NCBI GenBank assembly: GCA_963693365.1
Contig: CAVNZM010000019.1
Span: 71,272 to 135,271, forward strand
From: Amoebidium appalachense
Taxonomy: Eukaryota > Protista > Ichthyosporea
Direction: 5' to 3'
DNA: 64,000 nucleotides
Part shown: piece after piece, positions 52,989 through 64,000 of the stretch
How positions within the stretch are numbered: position 1 is the first letter of the stretch
Layout of the letters: the number at the start of each line of letters is the position of its first letter
Position numbers and translations under genes: made by a program
Notes under the pieces: model-generated
What the model was told of the DNA's origin: nothing
Databases searched by the model: none
The model's input: only the letters and a program-made list of their open reading frames with translations

Positions 52989-55057
52989 ATGGCTTCCACC
53001 TACGCCATCTACGAGCGCCTCAACATTGCCGGTGCCAAAGAGGCCGGCTTCCCTCCCATCTCCCCCGAGCTCGAGCGCCTGCTGGGCACCGTGGGCGACG
53101 ACGTGGTGGTCAAGGTGCTGCGCTTCCTCGACCCGTTCCTGCTGGACAGCACCGAGACCATCTCCGGGCGCGCCGTGTTCCGCCTGCTGGGGTACGGCAG
53201 CTACAACGAGTTTGTGAGAGCCATGTTCAAGGGGCGGAATGGGTCGCCTGGTTTTGTCCCGGCTGGAAGCTACCGTGTTGTTGAGATGGAGGTATGAACA
53301 TCCCCTCTGATGCAAGTGCAACCGTTGCTAGTAGGTCGAGCTTGTTTTTAGATGAGGTTGTCAAAATAGTTGATACCTGCATTGGATCACAATATCCTGG
53401 TTCTACAGTCACAGCCACATTGTGTTCCATGAGAGACTCTATGACAAACGAGTAGAACGAGTTGGTGCTTTACCAAACAAGTGGACGCGTTTACGATGAC
53501 CAGGGTAGTACTTCCCATAGACTAGGATCTGTCCGAGAGCATGTTTCCATGAGCGGACATGTTTCACTTCGATTACATCACTATCTGTCAACAAGTCTAT
53601 TTCTCCAGCAGGCACTGTTCTTTTCACGCCCCCTTCCCTTTTCTGTAGATTTGCACATACCTTCCTCTCTGACTGCTCCTTTCCGAGTGTCTGTTCGAGC
53701 CTTTTAGCCAGTTTGCTGTAAGCACGATCAGTTAGAAAAAACGATTTGCCTGGCATGCCCCTGCTGCCTGTGCGTACTCTTGTAACTCTGTAATCTACAT
53801 TCTCTGCCCAGCCCAGTCGTCTTATGGTCCGTATTATATTCTCAGTCATTCTATTTCTTGAGAGCCCATACTTGCGCGCTATGGTATCCGCGCTCATTTG
53901 AATACTCACCATACTCTTTGTATAGAAAAAATCGGTGACTTCACAATGACGTATCATAATGACGTCACAGCCACACGGGCTGACACGCGTCATAATGACG
54001 TCACAGCCACACGGGCTGACACGGATTAACTGCCCCCTCCCCCCCCTCCAACACAGACTCCCAAGTCCGGTGGTTCAGCCCCCATCGACCACCACATGAC
54101 GCCCAAAGGTTTTCGCATGGCGTCATCTTCTACCAACACTCTGTTGGGCCACACTGTGCGCCTGTGGGCCTTTGATGTTGCCGAGGCCTTTGCCCGTCTG
54201 GCTGTCAACCGCAAGGACGAGGCCGTTGCTGCCCTGCGCGCCACCCTTGCTGCGGCCGAAGCCCGTGCTGCCGAGGCTGCCGCCGAGCGCAACCAGGCCA
54301 TGGGCGAGAAAGACGGCTGCCGTTGGAGGCCGCCCAGGCCGAGGCACTCGCCACCCTCGCTGCCGCTCTCGCCCGCGTGAAGCTCGAACCACTCACCCTC
54401 CCGACCCGCATGCCTCTCACAACCGGCGGCACGTACACGGACAACCATAAGTTCAAGCGCCTGACGCGCGCGTTCGCGTATGTGTGCGTGGACACGCTGT
54501 ACGGCGAAGGCGTGCGCTGCGCCAGCACGTACACGGGCATGATCATGGCCACCACGGGCGTGTGCTTTGTGTTCCAGTCGGGGGAGATTTCCAACATCAT
54601 CGCCACCACCGGGCTGCAGAAGGCCATGAAGGAGCGCATCCGGCTGTGGACCGGCGAGGAGCCCAAGTACTCGACCGACATGACCACGCAGCAGCTGTAC
54701 ACCTTTGTCTACAACTACACGCGCTGGTACGTCGAGTACTGCAAGGCGCCGGTGCTGCGCCAGTCGACCATCAACAACGCGGACACGGGCGCTGCCGAGT
54801 ACGAGGTGCACGTCGAGCTGGCGTCGTGGCTGGAGGCCATCCAGGACAAGTTCCCCGACATCGAGCCGCTGGAGCTCGGGCGCACCGTCAGCCTCAACGA
54901 GCCCCTGGTGGAGCGCGGCGAGCAGCTCAAGGGGCAGACCCAGCTGGACGTGTATGTGCAGCGCGGGCGGCTGGGGCGGAAGCGCAAGGTCGCCCGCCTG
55001 CAGAAGCCCGAGGGCCCCGTTGATGTTGTGGTGATTGCGGACAGTGATAGTGAGTGA
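52989..55057 (+). CDS. AntA/MSV199-like DNA-binding protein, copy 2, two exons (52989-53291, 54057-55057; frameshift near 54320)
   Basis: Exon 1 is 303 nt as in copy 1; exon 2 starts TPKSGGSAPIDHHMTPKGFRMAS. Confidence 0.7.
53292..54056 (+). other. Spliceosomal intron, 765 nt, phase 0, containing a nested antisense gene
   Basis: GAG|GTATGA donor, GCTGAC/ATTAAC branch candidates, C-rich tract, ACACAG acceptor. Confidence 0.8.
53439..53912 (-). CDS. Intron-nested protein: AntA-like DNA-binding N-term + PD-(D/E)xK nuclease domain
   Basis: ENVDY...RGMPGKSFFLT, then PAGEIDLLTDSDVIEVK...WKHALGQILVYG.YYP..KRVHLF; may continue by frameshift into ORF 53430-53227. Confidence 0.8.
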   Translation of the reverse strand: MVSIQMSADTIARKYGLSRNRMTENIIRTIRRLGWAENVDYRVTRVRTGSRGMPGKSFFLTDRAYSKLAKRLEQTLGKEQSERKVCANLQKREGGVKRTVPAGEIDLLTDSDVIEVKHVRSWKHALGQILVYGKYYPGHRKRVHLFGKAPTRSTRLS

Positions 55058-55186
55058 AGTGTGAGTTGTGTAGCGCTGGTTGGTTGGGGATGTTAGTGTA
55101 TAGCGCTAGAGTTGTGTTTGGTTGGGGATGTCAGTGTATAAGAGTTGTGTAGCGCTTTGGGCGGGAGTGTGGGAGACACTGTTTAT

Positions 55187-56154
<968 letters not shown>

Positions 56155-56927
56155 CAGAGCGCTGACATAGGATCGACACACACTCAGAGCGCTGAGATAG
56201 GATCGTCGTTTATGACGTCATTATGACGTCACCCACTGTCGGCAACGTTGGTGCTGTGGCGCCCTGGACCCAGCATGTGGCTCACAAGGGGGTGAGGCTA
56301 GCTCCTTCATGACTCGTGGTCATGTTGGCAAGATTAGGAAAGGATGGTAGGTTCAACTGTATCTGCATGAAATTATGTGGGAACATGTATGTCTGTATAT
56401 ATGGGAAATAAACAATAAAAATCATGATAACATAGTGGGTTCATATGTGAAGCGCGAATTTACTGGATATCGAACTTGTGCTCTTTGGCTTAAGACTTCA
56501 GTGAACATTCTATTCATATCTGATTGGTTAATTGTGATTGGTTGTCTGCGATTGGTCGAGCATCGATTTCAAAGAAGCCCTTGGTGATGAAATGTTTGAT
56601 GGGTAAAAGGTTGTGTTTAACTCGATTAAATCAAAGAAGGTTAAACCATCCGAGAAACTGTAGGTACTACGTCAATGTTTTGATGTTGCATTTGTAAACA
56701 TTGAGTGCATGAGGGGCTCAGAAACATCCTGAGTCCTTTTGCACTACTCTGGGACTAAGATTACCAAAAAGCCAATCCAGCGTGGCTGCCAATAGAATCC
56801 ACTCAAATAACAAAGTCTGACATCCAATCATATGTCGCGAAATTGCCAAGCAAGTATATAAGGTCACATCCACTCGGCCGATGCCATTGCATTCTACAAA
56901 CACAGATACTCAAGCAACACAGGCAAA

Positions 56928-57669
56928 ATGTACACGACACATGGCGCTGCGCCTGTCTCATACAGCACCTTCACGTTTCCACCCACCCCACAACCCGACC
57001 TGGGTATCATACACAGTACCGACTTCGTTCCGCTGACCGCCGACGATTTTTCTGCTTTTGACAACCAACTAGGTGATGGCTCCATGCTCTATGCCCCCAC
57101 CCCGACGACAGCCACGAGCCACGGCCAGAACCACGTCTTCGACTTCGACATGGTCTGCGGCGAGACAATCCCCCTCTCCCCGGCGGCGCGTCCTGTTCCC
57201 ACACATCTGCATCTGCAAGCGGTCGCCACTCAAGCCCCCACGCTACCACCCACCACAACCACGCCAGCCACAACATGGTTTGACCAGCTCGGGTCTGCCG
57301 AGAACCACGATTCTGACACGAGACAATCAAAGCGCCCGCGCGCTAACATTTCAATGACCAGAAAGCCACCTGGTGAAATCAAAGCGATTGCCACAGCTAG
57401 TGATTGGAGGCGCCATCTTGCACCCCAGCCCGTTTCGCAGCTGTTGAAACAGGCGTTCGACAGACTTCACCCGCTGTGCTTTGTACCGTTCGTCAACTGC
57501 ACGCTCCCGTATGCCGCGAGCAGGGACAACCTCTTCTACCTGGACGCTGGTAGTATCTGTGCGCTTCTCGGCTACAGGGACATCAATGAGATCCGGGACC
57601 GTCTGGACCAGGCCAAAATCGCCAACGTCGTCGGCGGTGTGCCAAGCACAGACCCGGTAGGCAGCCCCC

Positions 57670-57700
<31 letters not shown>

Positions 57701-58665
57701 ACACACACGCACACACACGCACACACACGCACACACAAAAAGCTAATTGTTGCTCGGCACATTATCAACACCCCTACTAAATGGTGGATCCGGGCACCAT
57801 AGTGGCCGTGGCGGCGGTAGCTTTTTGCGTGGGTATGTTCTTTCTCAGTATCCTTGACTATCTCTTTCCCGTGTTCTCGGATCCGAAGGGTGACCCACCC
57901 CCACCATACTCAATCCATGCTGATCTTTGATGATCCCTACAGGGTACCCCACACTACTGCAAAAAGGGTAACATCATACTGGTCTCGCCGGCTGCGTTTC
58001 TTCACCTGACCACCCAGGTCTTGTACGAGTCCCCCCTGGCCCTCGATTTTCTGGGGTGGTTTAACAGCGCCCGCAGCAAGGCGCTGCACTTGCACGAAAC
58101 CCGGCTCTACGAGAAGACCCGTGGCGCGCGCCCTTCCACCACCCCTCTGGATGCCACCCGCCACATTCGCGCTACCTTTGTCGGTTTCCTGGTGGCCACA
58201 CTCAGCTCGACATCCGTGCTTGACGTCCACAGCCTGGTGACCATCCTTGAAAAGGTGGCCAATGTGCAAGTCACTTCACGCTTCAAGACCCGCAACATCT
58301 GCGCCCCGCACGCCGAGGCGCTGGTTTTCAAGGTGCTTGCCCAGCGCATCAATATAGACACGGGCGTTTCGATAACGTCTGCGCTCGACATCAACACGTT
58401 GCACCTCTACACGTTTCTCTCGCGCGCCCTGGAGGCTCTGGACGTTGACGTGCACCATCCACACGGCGTCCCAGCCAGCAGCACCTTCATGGACCCCCAG
58501 CTGCGCGACCTGGGGAAGCTGGGTCGGTCCCTGGAGAAGGCCTTTGCCGGCATACAGCAGTTGCCCATGGAGCCCAAGTCCTTCTTCTATGCCATGCAGG
58601 AGCGCCCGGACACCCCGGCCGGACACGAAGAGTGTGCATGCTTCAGGATGGATCGGAGTCTTTAG
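56928..58665 (+). CDS. BRO-N domain protein, two exons (56928-57656, 57943-58665)
   Basis: FYLDAGSICALLGYRDINEIR...STDP|GTPHY...ILVSPAAFLHL...SPLALDFLGWF; TATATAA at about 56856. Confidence 0.7.
57657..57942 (+). other. Spliceosomal intron, 286 nt, phase 0, containing (CA)n and a nested micro-ORF
   Basis: CCG|GTAGGC donor, GCTGAT branch candidate, CCCTACAG acceptor; restores the BRO-N frame. Confidence 0.7.
57781..57930 (+). CDS. Intron-nested 49-aa microprotein with TM helix and PPxY motif
   Basis: MVDPGTIVAVAAVAFCVGMFFLSILDYLFPVFSDPKGDPPPPYSIHADL; upstream ATTATC...CCCCTACTAA-ATG. Confidence 0.55.
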   Translation: MVDPGTIVAVAAVAFCVGMFFLSILDYLFPVFSDPKGDPPPPYSIHADL

Positions 58666-58972
58666 GTTGGGCGGACATGTACGGATGGATGCGTCGCACG
58701 AGTCCTGTGCACACGGGGCAGCGCCGTGCAAGCTTGCACGATTTGGAGTTGTTGGGGCACTTGTCCTGGGATACATACTTTTTTTTAGCCGGTTTGAGTG
58801 CGCTTGTGCATGTGGGTTTGGGCTTTGCTGCTTTTAGGTTCGGCATCGTAGGTGCAGCCGGTTTGAGTGCGCTTGTGCATGTGGGTTTGGGCTTTGCTGC
58901 TTTTAGGTTCGGCATCGTAGGTGCAGCCGGTTTGGGGTTTTGTGTTGGAGCCATGGCCTCTTCTGTTGGCAT
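58643..58972 (-). CDS. Small Lys/Pro-rich protein with a 23-aa (69-bp) tandem duplication
   Basis: KPAAPTMPNLKAAKPKPTCTSAL twice; Cys-rich tail. Confidence 0.45.
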   Translation of the reverse strand: MPTEEAMAPTQNPKPAAPTMPNLKAAKPKPTCTSALKPAAPTMPNLKAAKPKPTCTSALKPAKKKYVSQDKCPNNSKSCKLARRCPVCTGLVRRIHPYMSAQPKDSDPS

Positions 58973-59438
58973 TTCAGTCTTTATATACACCTACATAATC
59001 ATCAACAATAGCCACTAAACGTTGCGCGTTGTCTCACACTTGAGCTCCGACAGCCCCAATAACCCAATGCCTGCTTATCAAATGTGTCATAATCTTATCA
59101 TGTCACGTGATAAAAAGCTGACCAATCAGATCGTTTGACATCTGATCACCACCCTTTGATCGTTGAGGAGAAAGGGGGGTTTATCGATCTTGTCTGATTA
59201 AATCGCATTCCGTGGCGCGGCTTGCCATGTAAATATGTGTTTCATCAATAAACCCCACTGTTTTTGTCGCTTGCGGGAGATTTCCATGACGCGATGGCAT
59301 TTTTTAATTGAAGATTGTGTGACAGGCAAACAGTGTCACATGGACATCAACTCTCACTCCAATCGGGTTCGTTTGTTCACCTTTTCGTTTTTTCACCTTT
59401 CGCTCACAGCGATTTCTCTTCACCCACCCTTGCAAAAC

Positions 59439-60617
59439 ATGAACTCCCCCCTCCCCCACCCACTCCCCCCGCCCCTCCCTTCACCCCCAAAGCCCGTTGA
59501 AGGGTGTGAATGCACTCGTTGCACAGACCTTCGCGTCTGTGACGGCTCTTCCGACGCGTGTGCCGTCTGCGGTTACCACAACACCCCGCATCTCAAGACG
59601 AAATCAAAACACTTCCCCGCCATCACCCATTTTGTTTGTGGCTGCGACCACTGCCTGACCCTTGCGGCAACAAGTGTTCCCCGTCTGTGTAGTTCGTGCT
59701 TCACCTCGCTGTCGACTCACTCTTCTCCCATGCCCGGCCTCCCCGGCTGCTGCGACACATGCCGTAGCGGCACCCACTGTGCCTTCCGCATCGCCCGTCG
59801 CACCCACAACTATATCAACACACAGCGTCGGCGGGCTTGGAATGCCGTCTACTCCCTGCTGACCACCATACCCGTCCCATGCACGTGCATACCCGACATC
59901 CCAGACCCCCTCCCCACCGCCCACCGCATGGCCCCGCACAACCCTGCATGTGCCATGTGGCACGTTGGCTTCCCCGCTCCCGTGCCCGAATGTGCCTCCC
60001 CCGTCTGTGCATGCACACACTACCGCAATGCGGAGGCCTTTCTCGCTCACATGTGTGCGGGTCGCCTGCGCCACCTTGTCACTGACATGTACACCCCCGC
60101 CCTCGAATACTGCCCCTTGTGCAGCTGCCGCCGCCGCCCAGCTTCGCCCGGCACACCCCAGGCCTACGTGGCCGCCGACCTCCCCCTCCGCTTCCATTCC
60201 TGTCCTTGTCCACACTGCGTGCACGTCTTTGCACGCCCTGCCACCGTGCTCGTGTGTGCCGACTGCCACACACTCGTCCTGCAGCATCAGCATGGTGTGG
60301 ACGGCTGCGCGAGGAGGCTTGTTGGCCGTAGACGACAGCTGCGACCGGGTTTGGCCCCCCGAAGACTTGTTCCTGCCCCACAAGCCCACACAAACACCCA
60401 TTTCTCTCCCCAACCCCCACCATGCACATCTCTTCCACCAAGCCCATACCCATCCCCAAGCCCGCTCACACCGCCTGTTAAAGATACTGTATGCAAGAAT
60501 TTAGAAGTTGAAGATCCCAACTCCCCCCAGGGTGAGTGGTTGTGGATGCTTTTCCCCTCTGGGTGGCAAAATGTGTGGGTGCCGGCCACCCCGGGCACCC
60601 CGCAAAATAAATCGTGA
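59439..60617 (+). CDS. Cys/His-rich putative multi-zinc-binding protein
   Basis: Many CxxC/CxCxxC motifs, internally duplicated module (CAVCG...CGCDHC...CSSC versus CPLCS...CPCPHC...CADC). Confidence 0.55.
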   Translation: MNSPLPHPLPPPLPSPPKPVEGCECTRCTDLRVCDGSSDACAVCGYHNTPHLKTKSKHFPAITHFVCGCDHCLTLAATSVPRLCSSCFTSLSTHSSPMPGLPGCCDTCRSGTHCAFRIARRTHNYINTQRRRAWNAVYSLLTTIPVPCTCIPDIPDPLPTAHRMAPHNPACAMWHVGFPAPVPECASPVCACTHYRNAEAFLAHMCAGRLRHLVTDMYTPALEYCPLCSCRRRPASPGTPQAYVAADLPLRFHSCPCPHCVHVFARPATVLVCADCHTLVLQHQHGVDGCARRLVGRRRQLRPGLAPRRLVPAPQAHTNTHFSPQPPPCTSLPPSPYPSPSPLTPPVKDTVCKNLEVEDPNSPQGEWLWMLFPSGWQNVWVPATPGTPQNKS

Positions 60618-60642
60618 AGACTTGGCATCTGTACATCTGTAC

Positions 60643-60860
60643 GCACACACAGGCACACACACACACACACACACACCACACACACACACCACACACACAT
60701 ACGCACACACCACACACACACCACACACACACACACACCACACACACACACCACACACACACCACACACACATACGCACACACCACACACACACCACACA
60801 CACACACACACACCACACACACACACACCACACATGCACACCACACACACATACGCACAT
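60643..60860. repeat. Degenerate (CA)n microsatellite
   Basis: Interrupted CA repeats. Confidence 0.95.
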
Positions 60861-61176
60861 GCATGTTTCAGATACGTCCAAGTGTGGTTATGTATTGACT
60901 TTTGTGTTTATTCACTCTTGCTGTCGTGAAGTCTCGCTTACATGTTAGGGTTCAGATACATAGATGATGTTTGCACCAAATCGTGCTTACGAGAAGACAT
61001 CGTAAGAAACAAACGATGGGATATTTGCGCTGGTTTGCACATTTGCACATGTATGGGTTGGGGCATATCATAGCATATCACATTGTGGTACTTGTACACA
61101 CTGCCCTGTCTATATTATGGGTATAGCATTCCTCTCTCCCATACACATTCACCCACCCAGCAAACACCCCACACCA

Positions 61177-62226
61177 CTATCCTGGTCGAATGCACACCCA
61201 CACCTCATTCACCGCAACAGTGTTTTCTCCATTGCCTCCTATGACTACATGCAAAGGCTTCTTGTTGTCCTTAAATTGCAGTTGCCACAGCTGGTTGGAG
61301 GAGGCCTCCTCGTATGCGATGTGTATTTTAGAACCCTTGTTTGTTACTTGCACTATGACATGCTTCACGTTGTAGTAGATGTATGGGGGGTGCGGAGATC
61401 GATCGACAGACACCCAGATCTCGCACTGCTCTCCCGTTGTCTCCGACTGGGGGCTGCTCGTGGATACCATCTGCCCCGTGAAGGCCACCTGGTCGTCGAC
61501 GTCGACGGAACTGTGGTCCTCGTACACGAGCGGCTCGCGTGCTGCTTCGCACACCTGGCTGCTTGGGGGCGCTGCTGCTTCGCACACCTGGCTGCTTGGG
61601 GGCGCTGCTGCTTCGCACACCTGGCTGCTTGGGGGCGCTGCTGCGTTCTCCCTATCCGCTGCCTCTGTGGTCTCTTCCGTGTCCAAATCCGGAAAAGAGA
61701 GTGGTCGCCAGGGCGCTGTGGGTTCGGCGTTGACTGCCACTGGTAGGCGCGGGGAGGTGAGTTTTTTGGAGGCCCCCATCTTGTTTTTGCGTAAGTACCG
61801 TCCACGTCTACTTGGATTCGCCCCTGCCTTCCAATAAAATACATCCCGTTGCTTTTGTTCCACGTCGCTGGCCGCAGTACCTGAAGTCTTGTACGGGAGA
61901 ATCCTGCGTAGCGGAATCTTGCCCGGTGGTGGTGGCCATGTTGTCTGCAACGGGTACACTCGCACGTCCTTGCTGCACAGGGGCGGTGCGTGCACAACTG
62001 CAAAAGGGGGTTGGGAGGGCTGTGCATGCACGCAGTCGTCTTTGGGCGGTATTGCGCGTGCAGGTTTTGTGTTGGCGGGGAACGAGTGCATGTTGGCTGG
62101 GGGCGAGTGCATGTCGAATTCGCCGAAGACGGGAACGCCCATGAGCGCTGCCTCGCTGGCCGGTGTTGTCGCTTGGAAGAGCTTGTCGCGCAGGCGCCAC
62201 AGGTTAACGTTTGGCTTGTGGTTCAT
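61177..62226 (-). CDS. Hypothetical protein with three 11-aa (33-bp) tandem repeats
   Basis: AAAPPSSQVCE three times; CCAAT and TATA-like elements upstream. Confidence 0.5.
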   Translation of the reverse strand: MNHKPNVNLWRLRDKLFQATTPASEAALMGVPVFGEFDMHSPPANMHSFPANTKPARAIPPKDDCVHAQPSQPPFAVVHAPPLCSKDVRVYPLQTTWPPPPGKIPLRRILPYKTSGTAASDVEQKQRDVFYWKAGANPSRRGRYLRKNKMGASKKLTSPRLPVAVNAEPTAPWRPLSFPDLDTEETTEAADRENAAAPPSSQVCEAAAPPSSQVCEAAAPPSSQVCEAAREPLVYEDHSSVDVDDQVAFTGQMVSTSSPQSETTGEQCEIWVSVDRSPHPPYIYYNVKHVIVQVTNKGSKIHIAYEEASSNQLWQLQFKDNKKPLHVVIGGNGENTVAVNEVWVCIRPG

Positions 62227-62734
62227 AGCTGCATGTTTGCAAGACTGGCAGCATCCGAAGCCGTGATGGGGTTATATGGGTCCTATAGCCAATTAGACTG
62301 GTCCCAGTGGCTTTGCCAGGGTGCGCAATTGTCCTTCGGCGCAGTAGATTTGCAACTGAAATGAAACGAAATGAATAATCTATAGAATAATCAACTGTTG
62401 TGAAAGCCACACAACGAGAGGGAACTCGGTCAAATTGATTTAAACAAAACAGACATCCTATTGTATATAGGGTTTTTGTTTCAGGGATCTCGATTCGGTT
62501 GTAACCCTGACCGCGAGTCACATTTCCGAACTCTGAGTAGAAACTAAAACAACAGCCTGTTCAATAGGAAAACAATGGCAAAAATGTTCTTATTAAACGG
62601 TTTTAATATTTTTTTTTATATTTCGGTTTTGTTTTCAAATTGGCGTGCTTGGAGTGTTGTAAATCACGACGTTCACATCACATCAATACTGTATCATAAC
62701 CAGTCAATTTTAAAATAACACAAATGCTGTAACT

Positions 62735-62935
62735 GAGCCAATCAGACGCTGCATGCCTTGGCTACAGACCCTTCGGTCATCTTCCACAGGAATACAAGAC
62801 CCTCTATCCGATTGGTCATCACGCTGATTGGTCAAAATTCCAAACGTCTGATTGGTCGGTACGTCTGATTGGTCAACGCGTCTGATTGGTCAGCGCGCTA
62901 TTGGTGGCCGGCTCTCAGGGAGGGGTATACCACAG
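62735..62935 (+). promoter_or_regulatory. Array of about seven CCAAT boxes followed by a TATA-like element
   Basis: Repeated (ACG)TCTGATTGGTC units at 62810-62895; GTATAC at about 62925. Confidence 0.7.
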
Positions 62936-62986
62936 CTCAGCTTTCAAACTTCACTCTCCAAACGAACTCACGGCGCGTTCATCACA

Positions 62987-64000
62987 ATGGGCGCCGATCA
63001 GTCCACCCTTTCTCCCAGCGCGCAACAGCTGGTCTTGGGCAACCACTACCTGCTTCTGTACATCTGCTCCTTCCTGGATGCACGCTCACGTCGCAGCATT
63101 GCGCTCACCTGCCGAGCGCTTCGCCACGTACACGAGGCAGAGCTGGCGCGCCCGAACAGCCACATGCGCGTTGACCTATCCAAGGGTCCGAAGTCAATCG
63201 AGTTTGCCACACGTGTCCGTGCCACCCACGTCCTTGCCACCACTGCTGACTACAAGCGCCTTGCCGAGCTTCCGCCCATGCGCTTCGTTCTCCACATGGT
63301 TCTTGATGAGTACCGGGACCTGGCCAACCACCATGCAAAGGCTGCCCATAACCACCGCTACACCAGCACGGAGCCCATCTACCCAGACCTGTTTCCCAAC
63401 CTCAAGGTCGCAGAGGTCAACTCCTTCAAGTGCCGCACCCCCCTTGTCGCCCCCTTCGCCTTGCTGGGCCGCGCTATCCAGAACCTGACGAGTCTGACCC
63501 TTGCCTTCTCTGCCACTCCCAGGCCCACACCTGGTGTAGTCATGGATCTCACTGCGCTCGAAAACCTGGCCCATCTGCACGTCCACCTGTGCACGCGTGT
63601 GAACCCCTCTAACATCTACGCCATCCCCAGCACGGCGCTGCATGTGCCTGCGGGCCTTGTGAAACTGCATCTGGACTACCGCTTCCGCTCCATGTGCGGC
63701 CACCAGTACGGCTACGGCAGCGGCGGCTCCGCTCCCGGTATCCACAACATCCACAACATCGAGTCCTGCGTCAACATGCGCAATGTGCACGTGTGCGTCT
63801 TTGGCATGGTGGTGTTCGACACCATCAGTCGCGCCCACCGTGTCGAGCTGCTGTGCTCACAGGCCCGCGGCACGCTGCGCGGGTGCACCAGCGTCCAGAT
63901 CGGCAAGGAGGTGCGCGACATCGAGATCACCACCGTTGCGGACGGCCCCAGTGACTACCCAGGCAACCGGCTGCTTGTGGCCGGCGCCCGCGAGTTCGAG
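62987..64000 (+). CDS. F-box protein with N-myristoylation motif and LRR-like C-term (runs off the window end)
   Basis: Manual translation, not in ORF track: MGADQS...VLGNHYLLLYICSFLDARSRRSIALTCRALRHV...LFPNLK...NLTSLTL. Confidence 0.75.
   Translation, partial: MGADQSTLSPSAQQLVLGNHYLLLYICSFLDARSRRSIALTCRALRHVHEAELARPNSHMRVDLSKGPKSIEFATRVRATHVLATTADYKRLAELPPMRFVLHMVLDEYRDLANHHAKAAHNHRYTSTEPIYPDLFPNLKVAEVNSFKCRTPLVAPFALLGRAIQNLTSLTLAFSATPRPTPGVVMDLTALENLAHLHVHLCTRVNPSNIYAIPSTALHVPAGLVKLHLDYRFRSMCGHQYGYGSGGSAPGIHNIHNIESCVNMRNVHVCVFGMVVFDTISRAHRVELLCSQARGTLRGCTSVQIGKEVRDIEITTVADGPSDYPGNRLLVAGAREFE

Overview
The window reads as a segment of a nucleocytoplasmic large DNA virus (Nucleocytoviricota), probably a giant endogenous viral element in a eukaryotic genome or a nucleus-dependent virus. 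All assignments come from motif recognition by eye; no searches were run. The left half (1-30.4 kb) is a compact, gene-dense core region: RFC-like AAA+ ATPase, three paralogous lectin-like proteins, a repeat-rich fibre-like protein, a P11-like minor capsid protein, PCNA, a 1470-aa protein with an intact IS630/Tc1-mariner DDE domain, KilA-N/GIY-YIG protein, A32 packaging ATPase, VLTF2-like factor, H2B-H2A histone doublet, OB-less ATP-dependent DNA ligase, PL14 lyase, penton-like protein and a C5 DNA methyltransferase. The right half (30.4-64 kb) is looser: degenerate Fic protein, 7TM receptors with a stand-alone RGS, D5-like helicase, duplicated KilA-N and AntA/BRO-like regulators, a BAG-domain protein, an F-box protein, long (CA)n tracts, shuffled repeat modules and a large hairpin. 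Four phase-0 GT-AG introns can be reconstructed. Two of them appear to carry nested genes with viral-type upstream motifs: an antisense PD-(D/E)xK nuclease and a 49-aa TM+PPxY microprotein. Several frameshifts sit in homopolymers and may be sequencing errors.
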